Source: Asterias rubens
Lineage: Eukaryota
DNA: 64,000 nt
NCBI RefSeq assembly: GCF_902459465.1
Contig: NC_047065.1
Span: 5,146,001-5,210,000, forward strand
Direction: 5' to 3'
Position numbers and translations under genes: made by a program. The notes under the pieces were generated by a model that searched no databases, was not told the DNA's origin, and was given only the letters and a program-made list of their open reading frames with translations. Positions 11,601-23,500 of this stretch are shown in pieces. Within the stretch, counting starts at the first letter, position 1; each line of letters begins with the position of its first letter.

Positions 11601-14600
11601 CCCATGTAGTCTGGAGCCGACCAAGGATAGGAATGCTTAATGATGCTACACGAACAGGGAAATATACACAAGTTCTGCAAAAGGTTTGGAGATGTTACCA
11701 ATAGACCCCTTCCACAACGGGCAGCATACTCACACATGCGAATCCTGTCCTCCATTTTGAGAGTCAAAATCAGGCACACACATATGCACAAAAGATTCGA
11801 CTCCCAAAATGATGGCAATGGTAGACACGCTTTTTCGGAGGTGCGTTGTGGCAACCTCGTCCCCAGGGTGTGTCGAGCGGTTACAAGGTTGACCGCTCTC
11901 TCACCCTGGTATTGGATCATTTGCATATCCAAAATATTTGGATATGTATGCAAATTAAAATAGTCTGGCTACTTTTCGATATTCACATCTTCGTCATAAT
12001 CTCGTAGTACGGTACCAGATTCAATAGCTTGTTTGTACATTGTTGGTTGCCGGCGGCTGGCTGTACATGGTTGAAAATAAAGTAAACCATGGGGACAAGT
12101 TTATGCACAAAGAACAAAATGTTAAATATTAACTATTAAATACCTTTCAATTCTTTTGAGTATACTTAAAGACAGTGGACACTATTGGTAATTGTCAAAG
12201 ACCAGTCTTCTCATTTGGTGTATCTCAACATATGTATAAATTAACAAACCTGTGAAAATTTTAACTTAATTGGTCGTCGAAGTTGCGAGAGAATGATGGA
12301 AGAAAAAAAACCCTTGTCGCACAAGTTGTGTGCTTTCAGATGCTTTAATTTGAGACCTCAACTGAGGTCTCGAACTCAATTCAAATATTTTAGCGAGAAA
12401 TTACTTCTTTCTCAAAAACTACGATACTTCAGAGGGAGCCGCTTCTCACATTGTTTCATACTATCAACAGCTCTCCATTGCTCATTACCAAGTAAGTTTT
12501 TATGCTAACAATTATTTTGAGTAATAACCAATAGTGTCCAGTGCCTTTAAAGGCAGTAGGCAGTGGACACTATTGGTAATTTCTCAAAATAATTATTAGC
12601 ATAAAGCCTTTCATGGTGACGAGTTAATGGGTAGAGGTTGATGGTATAAAACATTGTGAGAAACGGCTCCCTCTAAAGTGCCATAATTTTCGAGAAAGAA
12701 GTAATTTTCCACAAATTTGATTTCGAGGCCTCAGATTTAGAACTTGAGGTCTCGAAATCAACCATCTAAACGCACACAACTTCGTGTCACAAGGGTGTTT
12801 TTTCTTTCATAATTATCTCGCAAGTTCGATGACAGATTGAGCTCAAATTTTCACAGGTTTGTTATTTTATGCATATGATGAGATACACCAACTGTGAAGG
12901 CTAGTCTTTGACAATTACCAAAAGTGTCCACTGCCTTTAATAAGAAAGACAAATGAGATAAATCCTCTCTTACAATTATCTTACCCTTTCTTGTAAAACA
13001 AATTCTGGTCTAGTAAATATTTTGAGATGCAAGCCCTGTGGTCTTCTAGATTTTTAACCAAAATTCTAGCCCTGCGATGAAGCTCCCTCCTTTATTGTCT
13101 GCACCACAGAGATTGGTGTTGGTAAAGCAAGAACTGATTTTGAGCTTGATACTAAGTTGGTTTTAGTTCTTCATTATTATTGATATTTCTTCCTTAAATC
13201 TTGTCATCTCAACAGGTGGTTAAGAAAGAGTCATTATGTGTCAGCATTAGTGATGGTTCAATGTTACCTCTGATAGCTGCAAGGCTGGGTGCCAAACAGG
13301 TAAAAGATATGCACAGAGCATTTTTGTCCTGCACTACTGTGTAAACTGAGGCTTGTGTCTCAAATAGTCTGGTGCCAATCCTTTACCCTAGGGTTGCTCT
13401 GGCCATTGTTCTTTTAACCATGTTAAACCCATGGCTATCAATCTGTGTTTGAGCTGAGCATGGCCGAGCAGTTACGTGCATCAGACTTGGGTTCAGGTAG
13501 CCGAGTCATCAGGGTATGGGTTCGAATCCCGGTCGCGGTCATGTCACTTGTGTTCTTGAGCAAGAGTCTTAATGGCACTGGACACTATTGGTAATTGCTG
13601 TAAACAATTGTTAGCATAGAAACTTACTTGGTAACAGGCAATGGAGAGCTGTTGGCAGTATACAACGCTGTGAGAAACAGCTCCCTCGTATATTAGGCAT
13701 CTGAAAACACAAAAATTTGTGCAACAAGGGTGTTTTTTCTTTCATTATTCTTTTGCAACTTCGATGGCCAATTGAGTCCAAATTTTTACAGAGTTGTTTT
13801 TTTATGCAAATGTTGGGATACACCAAGGGAGAATACTAGCCTTTGATAATTACCAAAGGTGTCCAGTGTCTTTAACTATAATTGATTCTCTTCACCCAGG
13901 GATACTCTGGTTGGCGCGAATTGCAAAAAAAAGGTAAACAATTAATGTGTCAATATATGCTCAATTTATCACTAAAAGAATGGTTTTTGGGGTTGAACAA
14001 AGAATTGACTAGAGTAGGATTCGAACCAACGACCTCCGGACTAATGAGCTGGCGCTTTACCAACTGAGCTAGTTAGCCCTATATTGACGGTCTTCCTTCA
14101 TTATTTTGTCAATATCTTTGTTCGGGGTTGCATAAATGAATGGTGCATGTAAGGGTTAATAGAGCACTTTTCTTTCTTGTTGTAGGTGTATACCCTAGAG
14201 CCTAACTCTCTTTGTCGTCGCGTCATGGAAGACATTATCAAGTCCAACAATCTCATCGACGACATCAATGTCCTGAATCAAAACGCTCAAGAATTACCCA
14301 ACAAGATATTCAAAGGTCAAAAGGTAAAAGTTTGTTTTGGAATTTTGGTCTTGGTTACTCTTTTAATATCGGTTAATCAAATGCTGGCATAGTAAGAAAC
14401 TTTCCCTGCCTTTCACTGCTAAAGTCTATGGTGTCCTATAGACCAATCCATATGCGCAGTGGATGCATGCTGCGCCACCCTTGCCAGGACACTGGCAGTT
14501 TGTATCTTTTGTCGTGGCCTAGTGGTCAAGCATACAGGACTCAAGCTCTGATGTTTTTCTGATCAGCAGAGTGTGGGTTCAGTTCATGACTCATGTCCAT

Positions 14601-16935
14601 AAGCAAGACACCATAAGCAAGACACTTGGCCATTATTGCATCCTCCTACGGATGGGACGTAAAGCCGTTGGTCGAGTGTGTTTGTGTAAAATGCACATAA
14701 AAGAACCCAGTACACTTATTGTAAAGAGAAGGGGTCTACCCGGTGTTTCTGGCAGTGGCTGCCGAGTGTGCAGGAATTGGTCCCATAAATCATAAAAACA
14801 AAGTATCTTGATCCTTCCAGATTGACGTCTTGATGGGAGAGCCATTTTTCATCTCCAGCATCCTACCCTGGCACAATCTGCACTTCTGGTACGCGAGGAC
14901 AGCCCTAGCGTCCCATTTAGCGGACAGCGCCCTCATACTGCCATGCTGTGCCAGGCTCAGGGGTGTGGCGCTGGAGTTTGAGCACCTGTGGAAGTTCCAT
15001 GCTCCTGTGGGCGACATCGAGGGCTTTGATGTTAGGATATTTGATAGTCTTGTGCAGGTAAAGAGGAATATTAAAAAAAATTACTTTTAATTCAGAGTAT
15101 TCAATTAAAGGAACACGTTGCCTTGGATCGGTCGAGTTGGTCTTTGAAAAGCGTTTGTAACCGTTTTTTTATAAAATGCATATGGTTAGAAAGATGTTGT
15201 AAAAGTAGAATACAATGATCTACACAAATTTGCCTGGAAATTGCGTGGTTTTCATTTTACTTTGCGAACTAACACGGTCAGCCATTTATGGGAGTCAAAA
15301 ATTTGACTCCCATAAATGGCCGCCCGAGCTTGGCGACGAGATAAAAGGAAAACCACGCAATTTCGAGGCATATTTGTGTGGATCATTGTATTCTACTTTT
15401 AAAACCTCTTTCTAACCATATGCATTTCACAACAAGCGGTTTCAAACGCTTTTCAAGGACCAACTCGTCTGACCCAAGGCAACGTGTTCCTTTAAAGTTG
15501 TTGCTTAGCATTGGAGGAAAGCTAACACAGCCCTTCTCACACTACGCTATTCGCTGGGGTTCCCCCTGGGAAATAACGGCCGGCCTTGTCACACTATGAT
15601 CGCTCTGCCCCCTCAATAGGATTCACGCTTAACGCGGAGCACTAGTTGGCAATTCTCAGTATAAACCAATGTGATTACAAAAATCCAATTAGATTGCAGT
15701 ATGCTAACGAGCGAACACTTTTTTTACCGTTGACACTTTGATATGACAACAGAAGTTCAAATTGGCGCAAGACTTGCAAAGTCTATAATTTATGGTTGTG
15801 AACATCTTGGGCCAGTAAGTTCAAATTGGCAAGAGACTTGCACAGTCTATAATGCATGGTTGAGACTAACTTGGTTCAAAATATTCAAATTGGCAAGAGA
15901 CTTGCACAGTTTATAATGCATGGTTGGGACCAACTTGGTTCCAAATATTCAAATTGGCAAGAGACTTGCACACTCTAGGATAGGACTAACTTGGGCCAGG
16001 AAGTCAGAATTGGCCCAAGGCTTTACACAGTTTATTATGCTCTGTTTTTCACTTCTGAATCCCAGAGATCCTCACATATCAGTGATGCTGCAACTGAGCC
16101 ACATCATCTGTGGGAATACCCGAGCCGAACACTCGCAGCGGACTTTGACCTTACAGAGTTTGACTTCACTCAGCGTGTACCCACCGATACAGTAGTACAA
16201 AAAGGAACAGTTGAAGTCCTTGGGTGAGTAGTGCATTAAAGATTTCGAATTGTTTTGCCATATTTTTAGTAGATTTTCTCCAAGTGTTCTCTAAGAGAGA
16301 CTCCAAGGTCAAATTCAGTTCCGTGATGCACCCATTAGATAGAGACCTTGTGAAAGTATGGACAAAATCACAAGTCTCGAATCTCTTTTTAAAATGGTGT
16401 AAAATACCGCGTTACTTTAAACTCTTTCAGAGCAAAATTTTGAAACTGCTTACTGTGCGAGCAGTAAGCGAAGAATGCCTTGTAATGTGAAGCAAAAGTT
16501 CCCTGCTAACCGATGAAATACACTTGATGTTAGCGTGGAATTCCTTTCTTTGCTTTCGGTAAGCAGAGGCATGAAATTGGGCCAAGAGCTCAAGTCTGGT
16601 GCTCTATAGACCACTAAGCCACAGGACTCCACTGAAGAATTTTTTTTTTTTTTCATTGAATTTCTGTTTCCTTCCTCATTTGTTTCAGGGACGGCTTGTG
16701 TCATGGCATAGCCTTATGGATGGAGTACCAGATAGATGAGAACACCTGGATCTCCACGGGTCCCTCACACCCTCTACCATCTCCCACCAGGGACCTAAGG
16801 TGGGACAGACACTCCAAGCAAGGGGTGCATTTCATCAAGAGTAACCCCCGAGTCACGCCGGGAGGCAAGATTCATTTTGAGGTCTCATTCAATCCATCTC
16901 AGGGAAGCCTTTATTTTAACTTTGAAGTGTTGTGA
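5686..16935 (+). CDS. PRMT7: Protein arginine N-methyltransferase 7 (11 coding exons; 686 aa from ATG 5686 or 678 aa from ATG 5710)
   Basis: Exons 5686(5710)-5841, 6305-6454, 7336-7444, 8311-8423, 9578-10052, 11490-11683, 13216-13299, 14186-14323, 14821-15057, 16066-16223, 16689-16935; all GT-AG with consistent phases, stop TGA. Hallmark motifs: [24 protein letters not shown] (SAM motif I), [11 protein letters not shown] (double-E loop), [10 protein letters not shown] (THW-like loop), and a second degenerate module GEPFF..S.LPWHNL.FWY and HHLWEYP. Confidence 0.96.
6621..7002 (+). mobile_element. Kolobok-like MITE family A (PRMT7 intron 2)
   Basis: TIRs AGACAGT(A/G)GAC..TATTGGTAATT / AATTACCAATAGTGTTCACTGCCT and a 3' TTAA; inserted into a GGGCCCAATTTCAT-type MITE. 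Confidence 0.85.
8812..9200. mobile_element. Non-autonomous element with a ~110-bp subterminal hairpin (copy 1)
   Basis: Closely matches 24716-25092; hairpin at 9061-9169. Superfamily uncertain. Confidence 0.7.
9232..9346. repeat. 22-bp minisatellite, ~5 copies, inside a small TIR element (~9203-9445)
   Basis: Unit GTCAAAAAGCACCCTCACTGGG; flanked by agaccccttgca / tgcaagaggtct inverted ends. Confidence 0.85.
10340..10738 (-). mobile_element. Possible solo LTR
   Basis: TGT...ACA ends within AGTTGT/ACAACT inverted termini, AATAAA on the minus strand and a G-rich block. No target-site duplication could be confirmed. Confidence 0.3.
10806..11169. mobile_element. Kolobok-like MITE family B (PRMT7 intron 5)
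   Basis: TTAA-AGCCATTGGACCCTTTCG...CGAAAGTGTATAATGGCT-TTAA. Confidence 0.85.
12170..12546 (+). mobile_element. Kolobok-like MITE family A
   Basis: Full TIRs with TTAA on both sides; shares its right TTAA (12547-12550) with the next copy. Confidence 0.9.
12551..12936 (-). mobile_element. Kolobok-like MITE family A, inverted relative to its neighbour
   Basis: Full TIRs with TTAA on both sides; 7-bp duplication AGGCAGT-AGGCAGT at the left end. Confidence 0.9.
13451..13568 (+). mobile_element. tRNA-Leu-headed SINE 5' part, interrupted by a family A MITE
   Basis: ggccgagcagtt..gggttcgaatcccggtcg..acttgtgttcttgagcaaga, then TTAA and the MITE. Confidence 0.65.
13573..13871 (-). mobile_element. 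Kolobok-like MITE family A, internally deleted
   Basis: TTAA flanks with both TIRs; ~80 bp shorter than the other copies. Confidence 0.85.
13983..14130 (-). mobile_element. Repeat containing a tRNA(Lys-like)-derived cassette
   Basis: Reverse complement gggctaactagctcagttggtaaagcgcc..ggttcgaatcc..ctagtcaattctttgttcaaccc; homologous to the copies at 44059 and 50027. Confidence 0.75.
14510..14770 (+). mobile_element. Deu(Nin)-domain SINE with a tRNA-Leu(CAA)-derived head
   Basis: Head gtggcctagtggtcaag..actcaagctctg..gtgggttc. Body ggatgggacgtaaagccg..aaagaaccc..aagagaagggg..cccggtgtttctggc resembles the Deu domain of AmnSINE1/DeuSINEs (from recall). Confidence 0.7.
15109..15491. mobile_element. 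TTAA-flanked, fully fold-back Kolobok-like MITE family C
   Basis: TTAA-AGGAACACGTTGCCTTGG...CCAAGGCAACGTGTTCCT-TTAA; self-complementary to the centre (gggagtcaaa/tttgactccc). Confidence 0.9.
15755..16020. repeat. 64-bp minisatellite, ~4 copies
   Basis: TTCAAATTGGC recurs at 15756, 15820, 15884 and 15948. Confidence 0.85.
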
Positions 16936-17002
16936 TATTGGAAAGAGTTTTAAGAATCTCTAACTTCTCTCCATGGGGTTCTTGACTAGTGTAGTGACCT
17001 AT

Positions 17003-17280
17003 GGGTGGCACGGTTGACTCGTGCGTAAAGCGCTCGCCTCTCACCAAGGTGACCCCGGTTCGATTTCCAGCCAGGGCCATATGTGAGTTGAGTTGTGCGT
17101 TGGTTCTCTGCTGTGCCACGAGGGTTTTCCAGACTATCCGGTTTTTCGCCCTCTGGAAAAATCAAACACTTTTGATCTTGGCTGTGCTGCATGGTCGTAA
17201 TGGGTTGATGTGGCTGGCAGCCAAAGGCGCCCTTGCATGCTTGCTTTTCGAACACGCTGTAGATGCGTCCTTCGCAATTT
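17003..17280 (+). mobile_element. tRNA-derived SINE with a V-domain-like core, just 3' of the PRMT7 stop
   Basis: tRNA-like head (gcgctcgcctctcacc..ccggttcgatttcc) and core gagggttttccagactatccggtttttcgccc. Confidence 0.6.
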
Positions 17281-17987
17281 AGCTCTAGCTACGAGTAAGG
17301 ATGATTAGCCCCCCCAAATTATTATTGTTATTATATTAAATTCACTTTCCTGAGAATCCTTAGCTCGCAATCAGAATTTATGAGTAAATGAAAAGGTGAC
17401 AGTCCTCCAAATATTTCTGCCGCGATATTATTTTAGCTGTATATAATTTTTTAATTTAAAATAAAAGGGCATCTATGTTGCTCACTTACAGTACTTTTTA
17501 CCTGAAATGAAAGACTAAAGAGCAGGGGTGTCTAAAAACAAAACAGAACGTAAAAAGACGGCCGGAGCGTTTTTTTTTTATCCGCTTGGCCATGAGACGC
17601 CAATAAGTAACATGAACAATTTGTAGCAGGCAGGAGAAAATAATAGCACTCTACACTGCTTCAGTCATTACCAGAATTCATTCTTTTATTGCACAATATT
17701 GAATAAAGCTTCAGTATTCATGAATTCCTTTTTTTATGAAGAGTTTTGTTTTCTTCTTTTCTTGGTTTGTATTGTGCAAAAAAAATTTGTATTTTTAAAT
17801 GATGTCACTCATGACATCACAGGTTTACAACAACTCGCCGGGAACAAAATATTAAACTCGACCGGAATGTTTTTCTTCCTTCAGAATAGAGAAATGAGTT
17901 GTTTTCATTTCTTTGAACAAAGTGGAAGACTTGCCAGGGTTATTTGCGTAACTCTTAAGGATTCATGAACAAACCTAACAGATTTGA

Positions 17988-18357
17988 AGGCAGTGGACAC
18001 TATTGGTAATTTTATTGTTAGCATAAAACTTTACTTGGTAACAAGTAATGGGGAGAGATTGATAGTATTAAACATTATGAGAAACGGCTCCCTCTGAAGT
18101 GACATAGTTTTCGAGAAAGAAGTAATTTTCAACGAATTTGATTTCAAAACCTCGGATTTAGAATTTTAGGTCTCGAAATCAAGCATCTGAAAGCACACAA
18201 CTTCGTGTGACAAGGGTGTTTTTTATTTCACTTTTATCTCGCAACTTCGACGACCGATTGAGCTGAAATTTTCACAGGTTTGTTATTTTATGCATATGTT
18301 GAGATACACCAACTGTGAAGACTAGTCTTTAACAATTACCAATAGTGTCCACTGTCT
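17988..18357 (-). mobile_element. Kolobok-like MITE family A
   Basis: Both TIRs; left target site TTGA, right TTAA. Confidence 0.88.
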
Positions 18358-18551
18358 TTAAATGGGAATTCGCCGCGGAAATTTTGAATAACTTTACCGG
18401 AATATTTTTCTTCCTTCAAAATAGAGAATTGAGTTTCTTTAATTTCTTTGTTTGAACAAAGTGGAAGACTTGCCAAGGTTATTTTGTATTCTTGAATTGA
18501 ATTGTATTTGCACAACTCTTTAGGATTCATGAACCAACCAAACAGATTTAA

Positions 18552-18917
18552 AGACACTGGACATGCTTGGTAATTGTCAAATACCAGTCTTCTCACTTTG
18601 TGCATGAAATAACAAACCTGTGAAAATTTGAGCTCAATTGGTCATCGAAGTTGCGAGCTAATTGTGAAAGAAAAAAAACACCCTTGTTACACGAAGTTGT
18701 GTGCTGTCAGATGCTTGATTTCGAGACCTCACATTCTAAATCTGAGGTCTCGAAATCAAAGTTGTGGAAAATTACTTCTTTCTCGAAAACCACGTCACTT
18801 CAGAGGGAGCCGTTTCTCACAATGTTTTATACTATCAACCTGTCCCCATTACTCATTACCAAGTAACGTTTTATGCTAATAATTATTTTGAGTAATTACC
18901 AATATAGTCCACTGCCT
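18552..18917 (+). mobile_element. Kolobok-like MITE family A
   Basis: Both TIRs; left TTAA, right TCAA. Confidence 0.88.
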
Positions 18918-19123
18918 TCAATAGTAAAGTAATTTTAGGACAATTTTCAAATTTGATACAGAGTGTTAAATTTGACAAACGTTCAAATTATTGTCGCTTT
19001 CATTGAGTAAACCTGTAAGGCACATACAGTATATTGGGATATAAATTATAACATATCTTTATAAAAAGTAAACGTTACTTTTAATAGTAATTATAATAAT
19101 TGGTTGTTAAATAGCATATGTCC

Positions 19124-19125
<2 letters not shown>

Positions 19126-19165
<40 letters not shown>

Positions 19166-19390
19166 ACAGCACTTATATTGAGCGCTTCACACAGTCCCGA
19201 AGCGCTATACAAAAATTAGTTCAAAATACTTTACAACATTATAATCCCTGTTCATCATGCACATTTTTAGACCATTCCTCTAACTTTCTAAACTCCCTGT
19301 GGAGCATAATGACATCAAGCTGCTTAAAATAGCGCCTGCCAAGTAGTTAACCAGATACAATACTGACCTCTCAGAATCCAATTTACTTGG
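19126..19390 (-). mobile_element. Degenerate SINE with a long (TTA)n tail
   Basis: (AAT)n run followed by gagcgcttcacacagtcccgaagcgct..aactccctgtggagc, resembling the 27171 and 43482 family. Confidence 0.5.
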
Positions 19391-20519
19391 TTAAGTTAAT
19401 GTTAAGCCTGAATTTCAGGCAGCGCTATTTGGCAGTGCTTAAACTTCCTCTGCATTGGCATAGTGTATTTTAAGGCACTTTTTAATCTCAAATACCCAAA
19501 ATTAAACATAAAATATCTTTTACAAAACACCATAGATTTCTTGTACTTCTACTCTCCCTTAATATTTAAATCCAGTCTTAAATGATAATCAACCCCAAGG
19601 AAATAACTTGATACACTTTTGAAAGTACCCTTTTTTGTTTTGTTCCTGGTCTCAAAAAGGTACCGAAAGTGAGAGCAATATGAAACACTTTCTGGCCATC
19701 AACTCTTCAAACTAAAAAGATATAAAATATTGTGTATAGTTTCATAGATTATACAATACATGTTACTGGTATTTCAATAGTAAGACCAGTATATTTCTAC
19801 TTCCGGTATTATTCCTACTACCAGCACTTCTACTTCTCTTCCTTCCTACCCTACCCTCACACTGTATCGCCCAAAGCCAAATACTTCACATATTCACTGT
19901 GTTATGGCAAACAACTGTATTGTTATACGGGATTTGAGGCATTGCATGGTGAGGTATCAATGTATATTTGCTTTGCCGTAACACCATGTGTGTACTTGCT
20001 GGGTAGGTTAAGTTCTCTTTGAGAATTTGTCTTGCTATATAATACAAGTATTCTACTACCGCGGAGTAGATTTTTTTCAAAAATCTGGGAGACTTCTCAG
20101 TTCTAAAAAGAACTGTCCTGCTTATTATTAACTGTTATCTTGCCAGAAGGTAGGAAATCGACTGGGACCACTACTTACGCATGGTGGATCGAGGGGACTT
20201 CTCGTTATTGACTTCACTGCTATTTACCAAGTTATGACAAACAACTTTTGTTCTTTGCTCCTAACACCAATTCGCACAATGAAGCTAAAATGGTTTATTC
20301 CACATGAAACAAACCATCCCTGAAATGACAGACAGGGGTGCTAAAATGCGCAATAAATTTGTGAGAAACATCAGAAGTGTACAAACGCATCATAAATATG
20401 TTTTGTAGCATTCCAGAGTTTCACACAAGTAGCTGTGTAAGATGAACATTTGTGCTTGTTAATTCCATACCTGGTTTTCTGGAGTGTGTAATCTGTGTTT
20501 CAGTGAATTACATAGCTTA

Positions 20520-23500
20520 CTATTTCAAACTCTTCGGCTGACCATTACTATCAATCAGACCAAGCTCTGGGTCCTCTGCCGTCACTGGCCCTGGACCGAC
20601 CTTGGTGTGGATAATGTACCTCAGGCTATTCGGAATGGGGTCGAAGGTCACAGCGGACTGAAGCTCCTGCGTAAAGATTGGCGGAAAAACACAATAAAAA
20701 TACCCGCAGTACCCGCTGCTAAACATAGGATTCGAACTGCCTCTAGCTACCGGGCAATCTCGGTGGTCTAGTTGGTATGACACTGCTCTAGAATTGCAAG
20801 GGTCGTGGGTTCGAATCCCACCCGAGTAAAATGCCTGTGATTTTTTTCACAGGACTCGGGGAAAGTACTGAGTATACAGTGCTACACACATCGGTGTATA
20901 TGGGTAAAACCAAAAAAATTAATATTCTTTATCCCGATGCAAATTTAACATCTATTAAAAACAATAAAAATAGGCATAGCATGAGAATCAAACCGACCCC
21001 AAATTCAGGGCTGTGCTAAAAATGACATCCTTCCAGTGCCCTGTAATGCACATACTTCTAAGCGCACAATTCTGTAATAACTGTCATGCAATGAGGTTCT
21101 GACCATTTTTAGGCAATCTTGTGCAAAGCATTCTTTTTGATTACCTCCATTTTGTAATGTTTTGAAAGTTCACAACTAAGATATTTCATTTCATTTCAGA
21201 TACATTTATTTCATGTCAACATCAATCAATACGGTGTAATAACATTGTTCAGAAAACATATAGTAACTTGTACCAAGGAAAACTTAATCCAGTTGATGAA
21301 CAATAAACAGAAAATAGTTTGACGTTAACATGTAGGAAAAAGAAGAAGCAAAAGCTTTTTTTTCCCTCTTTCCTAAAGACAAGGACAATTTACATAAAAA
21401 TGAACACAACCAAACAAAAGGGACATGGACATTATGCATGAGTGAGACTGGGCAATAGATAAAAGATTTACTAAAAAATGTTGTGCATTAAAATAAAAGA
21501 GATATATAATGGGAGACTTTTTGAAAGCTCTGCCACTTGAGGGCAGCAGAACTACCAGGTAAGGGTGCACAACTCCTATAGCAAACAATTTATTTTTGAA
21601 ATTGAAACATAAGTCGCATCACCATAAAGGAAATCCCTCTAATGCTGCTTCCTAAGTTAGAACTTTTCAGTTTGACTTAAAGACAATGGACACTATTGGT
21701 CATTGTCAAAGACCAGTCTTCTCATTTGGTGTATCTCAACATATGCACAAAATAACAAACCTGTGAAAATTTGAGCTCAATTGGTCATTGACGTTGTGAG
21801 ATAATAACGGAAGAAAAACACCCTTGTCACAAGAAGTTGTGTGCTTTTAGATGCTTGATTTCGGGACCTCAAAATCTAATTCTGAGGTCTCGAAATCAAA
21901 TTCAAACAATTTCAGTGGAAAATTACTTCTTTCGCCAAAACAACGTTACTTCAGAGGGAGCCGTTTCTCACAATGTTTTATACTATCAACAGCTCTCCAT
22001 TGCTTGTTACCAAGTAAGTTTTAATGCTAATAATTATTTTGAGTAACTACCAATAGTGTCCAGTGCCTTTAAGAACAATTTTTGCAACAAAATGGCACTA
22101 CTATTACCTTGCTTGGGGTGTGGATATCCGCGGGTAGACCTCTGATGAAGACGTCTTCCTTGTCCTCTTCTCCTTGGGGTAGGAAGTGATTGATGAATGA
22201 GAGGAGCTCGCTTACATCGTTCTCAAGAGTAAAGAGAACGGCGTTGGGTCCAGCATCAAAAGTATATGCTGCCTGTGGGGGAAAACAAGAGATGACATTC
22301 AATTTGACATTACACTTCTCTTTATGAGAGACTTTTTAACCCAAGCAGTGCCCTGTAATGACCCTGTAATGACCCTTTGGAGACCACCCATTTCTGTATG
22401 ATCATTTAAAACGCCCAAAATGGCAGCCATTGCTATTATTATACTGATCGTTTCTCCAAATAAAAAAAAATTGATAAAAGTGTCAACAGAAATAACATGA
22501 AACAGAAATTTAATTTTGTGTTTAGAAATTGGGATACTATGTTAACATACATGTACTTACATAATACCATCCCTATCTGATCCCTCAAGCTACATCTACC
22601 GACTCATTCAAATTAAAAAAAATATATATCTTTTGTTACTTCAGCTTTAAGAGCTTAGAAATGCCAGTAAAAAACGCATAAAAACGCCAGTAAAAGTACT
22701 TAAACATGTCTATAAAAAGTGATTTAAAAAAATGGCAATAAAAAAACCAATATATATGTTATTGTCAAGTGACATCTACTTACTTTGGTTTGTTTCTTGA
22801 ATGCATTGAAGGCGTGTACAAGCCTAACGATGTGTCTTGATGTATCATTCATGTAGGAGATGGGTGGGTAGGTATCTAGACAAACTGCATGAAACTGATT
22901 ACTATCCTGAAAAATGAAAAGAACAGACAAACAATTCACAATGAATGATTTGAAGGTTTTTATGGCAAAGGTACAACAAAATGCAGGTTTGTGTCAAATG
23001 ACGTGTTAAGGAAGCAGATAAGAGCACCAGACACAAGCCCTGATTTATCTGTTCAGCAGAGTGTGGGTTCCAGTCCCTGTCGTGACACTTGTGTCCTTAA
23101 GAACCATTATTGCTGCATCCTTCAGATTGGAGGTTAAGCCGCTAGTCCTGTGTGTAGTGTGATTCATACAAAAACTCGCACTTATCGAAAAGCGAAGAGG
23201 GTAGGGTTCACCCCTGCGTTCCTGGTTTGATTGGCTGCATATTGTGCCACAGCACCTTGTCAACCATTACATGGTGCTATGTAAAGGAATTGGTCTCGTA
23301 CCTCAAGCTCCACATAACCTTACAGGAAATCACTGAATGTTGAAACGCCTTGAGCGTGACTGAAAGAGTCCACTATCGGTCCTATTATTACAAATCTCAA
23401 CCGTGTATGTATAGGCCTAGTTTGAGAAGTGCCATTGCGGTTGAGATGTCAAGTGCAACGGCTTCAAGTTCTGATGACTGACCTAGACCACTTGGTTTGC

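Noticed and set aside
15755-16020. CRISPR-like array (also 9232-9346, 28221-28287, 59127-59227)
   Set aside because: These are contiguous tandem units without unique spacers, in a eukaryotic context with no cas genes.
20752-20828. tRNA-Ser or amber-suppressor tRNA (ctctaga loop)
   Set aside because: Poor acceptor and anticodon stems and no long variable arm; it continues into a repeated SINE body.
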